From Macrostomum hystrix (Eukaryota > Animalia > Platyhelminthes): a DNA stretch of 64,000 bases. A program made the position numbers and the translations under genes. Of this stretch, positions 59,601-64,000 are shown piece by piece. The stretch's first letter is position 1; every line of letters begins with the position of its first letter. The DNA is taken from contig CATNEN010000011.1 of assembly GCA_950097015.1 (NCBI GenBank), positions 5,146,001-5,210,000 on the forward strand. Direction: 5' to 3'. The notes below the pieces were generated by a model. It was given only the letters and a program-made list of their open reading frames with translations. It did no database searches and had not been told where the DNA came from.

Positions 59601-62600
59601 GTTTCGTTTTAGATGAAGGAATTATCTTGGGGAAAATGTTTTTTAAGCTTACGTAAGATACAGAAACTTAGCAGACACTTTGGTGCGTGTGACTCCTAAC
59701 CCCAGTCCATGGACTGAAAAGCTGTACATAGCAAATTTCTAAGAAACACATGCTTACCAATGCACCGACTGGAGCAGTAACAGAAAACTCATTGTCCGGT
59801 TTAGTTGCATTACTTTCAGCGTAGTTGGAATTATTTTCTAGCTTAAAAAATGTGGTCATCAAATTGGAGGCCAGTCGATGACGACTCAGTGCAACAGCCC
59901 GAACGCAAACGGTCTGTTGATTGCCGGAAGTTGACGGAAGTGAAAGAGGCTGGCCCGGAGAACACACCTGGTTAAATAGTTGATTCATTCATGAATGGTA
60001 CTGTTAGACACTGTAAGAAACTTGTTAGACACTGTAAGAAACTGTTAGACACTGTAAGAAACTGTTAGACACTGTAAGAAACTTGTTAGACACTGTAAGA
60101 AACTGTTAGACACTGTAAGAAACTTGTTAGACACTGTAAGAAACTGTTAGACACGGTAAGGAACTGTTAGACACATTGGGAGTCTATTAGCCAGAAAAAG
60201 AATTATAGACTGTTAGGCACAGTGAAGACTGTTAGACAAAGTGAGGAACTGTTAGACAAAGTGAAAAACTGTTATATAAAGTGAGGAACTTTTAGACAAA
60301 GTGAGGAACTGTTAGACAAAGTGAGGAACTGTTAGACAAAGTGAGGAACTGTTAGATAAAGTGAGGAACTGTTATATAAAGTGAGGAACTTTTAGACAAA
60401 GTGAGGAACTGTTAGACAAAGTGAGGAACTGTTAGATAAAGAGAGGAACTGTTAGATAAAGAGAGGAACTTTTAGACAAAGTGAGGAACTGTTAGATAAA
60501 GAGAGGAACTGTTAGATAAAGTGAGGAACAGTTAGACAAAGTGGGGAACTGTTAGATAAGGTGAGGAACTGTTAGATTAAGTGAGGAACAGTTATACAAA
60601 GTGGGGAACTGTTAGACAAAGTGAAAAACTGTTATATAAAGTGAGGAACTTTTAGACAAAGTGAGGAACTGTTAGACAAAGTGAGGAACTGTTAGACAAA
60701 GTGAGGAACTGTTAGATAAAGAGAGGAACTGTTAGATAAAGAGAGGAACTGTTAGATAAAGTGAGGAACAGTTAGACAAAGTGGGGAACTGTTAGATAAG
60801 GTGAGGAACTGTTAGATAAAGAGAGGAACTGTTAGATTAAGTGAGGAACAGTTATACAAAGTGGGGAACTGTTAGATAAAGAGAGGAACTGTTAGATAAA
60901 GAGAGGAACTGTTAGATAAAGAGAGGAACTGTTAGATAAAGAGAGGAACTGTTAGACAAAGTGAGGAACTGTTAGACAAAGTGAGGAACTGTTAGATAAA
61001 GAGAGGAACTGTTAGATAAAGAGAGGAACTGTTAGATAAAGAGAGGAACTGTTAGATAAAGAGAGGAACTGTTAGATAAAGAGAGGAACTGTTAGATAAA
61101 GAGAGGAACTGTTAGATAAAGAGAGGAACTGTTAGATAAAGAGAGGAACTGTTAGACAAAGTGAGGAACTGTTAGACAAAGTGAGGAACTGTTAGATAAA
61201 GAGAGGAACTGTTAGATAAAGAGAGGAACTGTTAGATAAAGAGAGGAACTGTTAGATAAAGAGAGGAACTGTTAGATAAAGAGAGGAACTGTTAGATAAA
61301 GAGAGGAACTGTTAGATAAAGAGAGGAACTGTTAGATAAAGAGAGGAACTGTTAGACAAAGTGGGGAACTGTTAGATAAAGTGAGGAACTGTTAGATAAA
61401 GTAACGAACTGTTAGATAAAGTGAGGAACAGTTAGACAAAGTGGGGAACTGTTAGATAAAGTGAGGAACAGTTAGACAAAGTGGGGAACTGTTAGATAAA
61501 GTGAGGAACTGTTAGATAAAGTAACGAACTGTTAGATAAAGTGAGGAACAGTTAGACAAAGTGGGGAACTGTTAGATAAAGTGAGGAACTGTTTGATAAA
61601 GTGAGGAACAGTTAGACAAAGTGGGGAACTGTTAGATAAAGTGAGGAACAGTTAGACAAAGTGGGGAACTGTTAGATAAAGTGAGGAACAGTTAGACAAA
61701 GTGGGGAACTGTTAGATAAAGTGAGGAACTGTTAGATAAAGTAACGAACTGTTAGATAAAGTGAGGAACAGTTAGACAAAGTGGGGAACTGTTAGATAAA
61801 GTAACGAACTGTTAGATAAAGTGAGGAACAGTTAGACAAAGTGGGGAACTGTTAGATAAAGTGAGGAACTGTTAGATAAAGTGAGGAACAGTTAGACAAA
61901 GTGGGGAACTGTTAGATAAAGTGGGGAACTGTTAGACAAAGTGGGGAACTGTTAGATAAAGTGAGGAACAGTTAGACAAAGTGGGGAACTGTTAGATAAA
62001 GTGAGGAACTGTTAGATAAAGTGAGGAACAGTTAGACAAAGTGGGGAACTGTTAGACAAAGTGGGGAACTGTTAGATAATAGTGTGAGAATCTGTCTCTC
62101 ACCAGAACCCCGTCCAGATGTGGCCAAGGATAAGTGCCATCGGTGGTGTAGTACACATCAACAGGTCCTTGAGCGTCGTCATTCTCCTGACTACAGCGAA
62201 ATCTCTGTGAATTTTCCAGCCGCACTAGCTCAGGTTGCGCCGTCCGCTCCGGTCGCCACAGCACAATGACGCAACTGATTTCGCGCGAATTCAACTCGCC
62301 AATTTTCGAAGCCGTCGAACTAACTACGAAACGAAACAGGCCACATTGACGAAAGATGCAACGACACCTATCTGGATAATTGGGATTGATTTCAATTTTG
62401 ACGACACCTTCAAGCGGTTTTCCATCATTGTCAATTGGGGATAAAGCCAGGTTTGCCGACCCCAGATACCACAGAACAGATCCACCGCGGCAGATGGTGA
62501 CAACATTGGGTCGAAATTTTTCATCTTTGGTCCAACTGACTGCAGCGTCGAAATCGTTGACTTTCATGGTTAACTTTGCCGCACCACCAACGAATATGCT

Positions 62601-63143
62601 CGAGTTGCCATGCCTGATAATACCCGGCTGGTTGAGACTATGCTCAAAGACACGCGACTTGGCAGCCCCTCCGCTGTCGCAGTCGATTTCAGCGGCTGCT
62701 GCCTGAGCTTCAACGACACTGTTGAATATCCAGACAGCCAGGTCGCCAAGTTCAGCTAGAACTGTTGTCTGTGAGTCTGTTGCGCTAAGATCGATCAGTC
62801 GAATTCTTTGTGTACCAGTTGATTCACAACAATGAACCCGGAGTTGACTGCCACTGTCGCTGATTAAATCGAAACGACTTCTGCTGTGCCGTCGCTGCTG
62901 CTGCTGCTGCTGATCGTCGATCTCTAGTTCCGGCAGTCTGACCAATGCCGCGCACGGGCCATCAATTGGAGGGCCGAGTCTCTCAGAGACGATCGAAAAA
63001 TCGTCGACGTCGTCGATAACAGAATCGGCGAATCGCACAGTCCGCCTGCCGGATCGCCAGCGCCAGAGCAGAGTGTCGCCTGGGGCGGCCGTCACCTCCT
63101 GAGGCTCGAAACTGCCCGAGTCCGTCAGGACTATCGAGTGCGT
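52820..63143 (-). CDS. Large uncharacterised protein: cupredoxin-like repeats + CHB_HEX_C/Fn3-associated module + multiple FN3-like domains, 5'-partial
   Basis: Phase-consistent GT-AG exons in transcription order: 63143-62103, 59967-59758, 59593-59276, 58536-58263, 58028-57603, (57485-57315 optional), 56680-56164, 55257-54583, 53986-53851, 53759-53586, 53216-52928, 52860-52820. Total 4101 nt without the optional exon. Motifs: FEPQEVTAAPGDTLLW, FRPNVVTICRGGSVLW, VYYTTDG, repeated W...GY-x-(V/L/I)-x-x-(N/D)G FN3 strands. Confidence 0.8.
54280..54505 (+). mobile_element. SINE family A, diverged
   Basis: GGCAGAGC...GGCTCGATTCC head; GTACACTGCCTG...AAAGTCAGGGCAGATGTACAC hairpin. Confidence 0.75.
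55660..56160. repeat. 15-nt pyrimidine-rich minisatellite
   Basis: TATTCCTCTCATC(C/T)C units starting at the minus-strand donor at 56163. Confidence 0.93.
56701..56942 (+). mobile_element. SINE family B
   Basis: CCTAGTGATTAGAGCGTCGGACTCACGG...GGGGTTCGATTCCCGAC head; CAGTCCATGGACT...GCAGCCTTCAGATGCGCC. Confidence 0.8.
58065..58250. repeat. ~16-20-nt minisatellite
   Basis: GAAACTTCAGGGAAGT and GAAGCTTCAGGGAAAGC units. Confidence 0.88.
58618..59235. repeat. 23-nt minisatellite (TGTTAGA-core group)
   Basis: T(G/A)TTAGACA(A/C)CTGATATCCTACC units. Confidence 0.95.
60000..62080. repeat. Two adjacent 20-nt minisatellites (TGTTAGA-core group)
   Basis: CTGTTAGACACTGTAAGAAA (60000-60180) and GTTAGA(C/T)AAAG(T/A)GAGGAACT (60220-62080). 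Confidence 0.96.
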
Positions 63144-63189
63144 CTGAGGGGGATGATTGAGTGTTGTCGCGGTGGTGAGTGAGGGTGAA

Positions 63190-64000
63190 AGAGGGGGTCG
63201 GAGAGGGGGTGAGAGGGAGGGTAGAGGGAGGGTGAGAGGGAGGGTGAGAGGGAAGGTGAGAGGGAAGGTGAGAGGGAGGGTGAGAGGGAGGGTGAGAGGG
63301 AAGGTGAGAGGGAAGGTGAGAGGGAGGGTGAGAGGGAGGGTGAGAGGGAAGGTGAGAGGGAGGGTGAGAGGGAAGGTGAGAGGAAAGGTGAGAGGGAAGG
63401 TGAGAGGGAGGGTGAGAGGGAAGGTGAGAGGGAAGGTGAGAGGGAGGGTGAGAGGGAAGGTGAGAGGGAAGGTGAGAGGGAGGGTGAGAGGGAAGGTGAG
63501 AGGAAAGGTGAGAGGGAACATGAGAGGGAAGGTGAGAGGGAGGGTGAGAGGGAAGGTGAGAGGGAGGGTGAGAGGGAAGGTGAGAGGAAAGGTGAGAGGG
63601 AAGGTGAGAGGGAGGGTGAGAGGGAAGGTGAGAGGGAAGTTGAGAGGAAAGGTGAGAGGGAAGGTGAGAGGGAGGGTGAGAGGGAAGGTGAGAGGGAGGG
63701 TGAGTGTGAAGGTGAGAGGGAGGGTGAGAGGGAAGGTGAGAGGAAAGGTGAGAGGGAAGGTGAGAGGGAGGGTGAGAGGGAAGGTGAGAGGGAAGGTGAG
63801 AGGGAAGGTGAGAGGGAAGGTGAGAGGGAGGGTGAGAGGGAAGGTGAGAGGGAAGGTGAGAGGGAGGGTGAGAGGGAAGGTGAGAGGGAAGGTGAGAGGG
63901 AAGGTGAGAGGGAAGGTGAGAGGGAGGGTGAGAGGGAAGGTGAGAGGGAGGGTGAGAGGGAAGGTGAGAGGGAAGGTGAGAGGGAGGGTGAGAGGGAAGG
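63190..64000. repeat. 12-nt polypurine minisatellite running off the window
   Basis: GG(A/G)AGGTGAGAG-type units; source of the FPLT/LPLT N-terminus of ORF 62052-63521. Confidence 0.95.

Noticed and set aside
370-64000. Long low-complexity ORFs (e.g. 6638-7618, 10098-10916, 13109-14215, 29713-30972, 31726-33211, 34168-35535, 36399-37092, 47205-49033)
   Set aside because: They are translations of tandem repeats that happen to lack stops; they lie in introns or intergenic DNA and are open in several frames.
370-64000. CRISPR-like arrays
   Set aside because: Units are head-to-tail with no unique spacers, no cas genes are present, and the context is spliceosomal.

Overview
Eukaryotic (metazoan) genomic DNA. 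GC-rich exons with CAG-type poly-Q/poly-A runs sit in AT-rich introns packed with minisatellites and tRNA-derived SINEs. That style suggests a free-living flatworm such as Macrostomum, which is inference, not proof. Six protein-coding genes can be reconstructed by hand using GT-AG boundaries with consistent phases. (1) A receptor protein tyrosine phosphatase (Ig-FN3-TM-D1-D2; + strand, <1-16829, 14 exons in window). (2) A three-exon gene that the ORF track shows as three separate ORFs but which splices into one 953-aa ankyrin-repeat + Mab-21/cGAS-like nucleotidyltransferase (+, 18309-22052). (3) An intronless 695-aa orphan (-). (4) Mitochondrial dihydroorotate dehydrogenase (+, 3 coding exons). 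(5) An intronless Shaker/Kv1 channel whose S4 lacks one charge triplet (+). (6) A large uncharacterised cupredoxin-like/CHB_HEX_C/FN3 protein (-, 52820->63143). About 25 tandem arrays and two SINE families fill the rest. The best candidate for an undescribed system is the ankyrin-cGLR fusion. Several satellites are also built from recognisable regulatory motifs (Pol III A/B box, STAT GAS, Kozak, TGACAG). All calls are manual; no database search was run.
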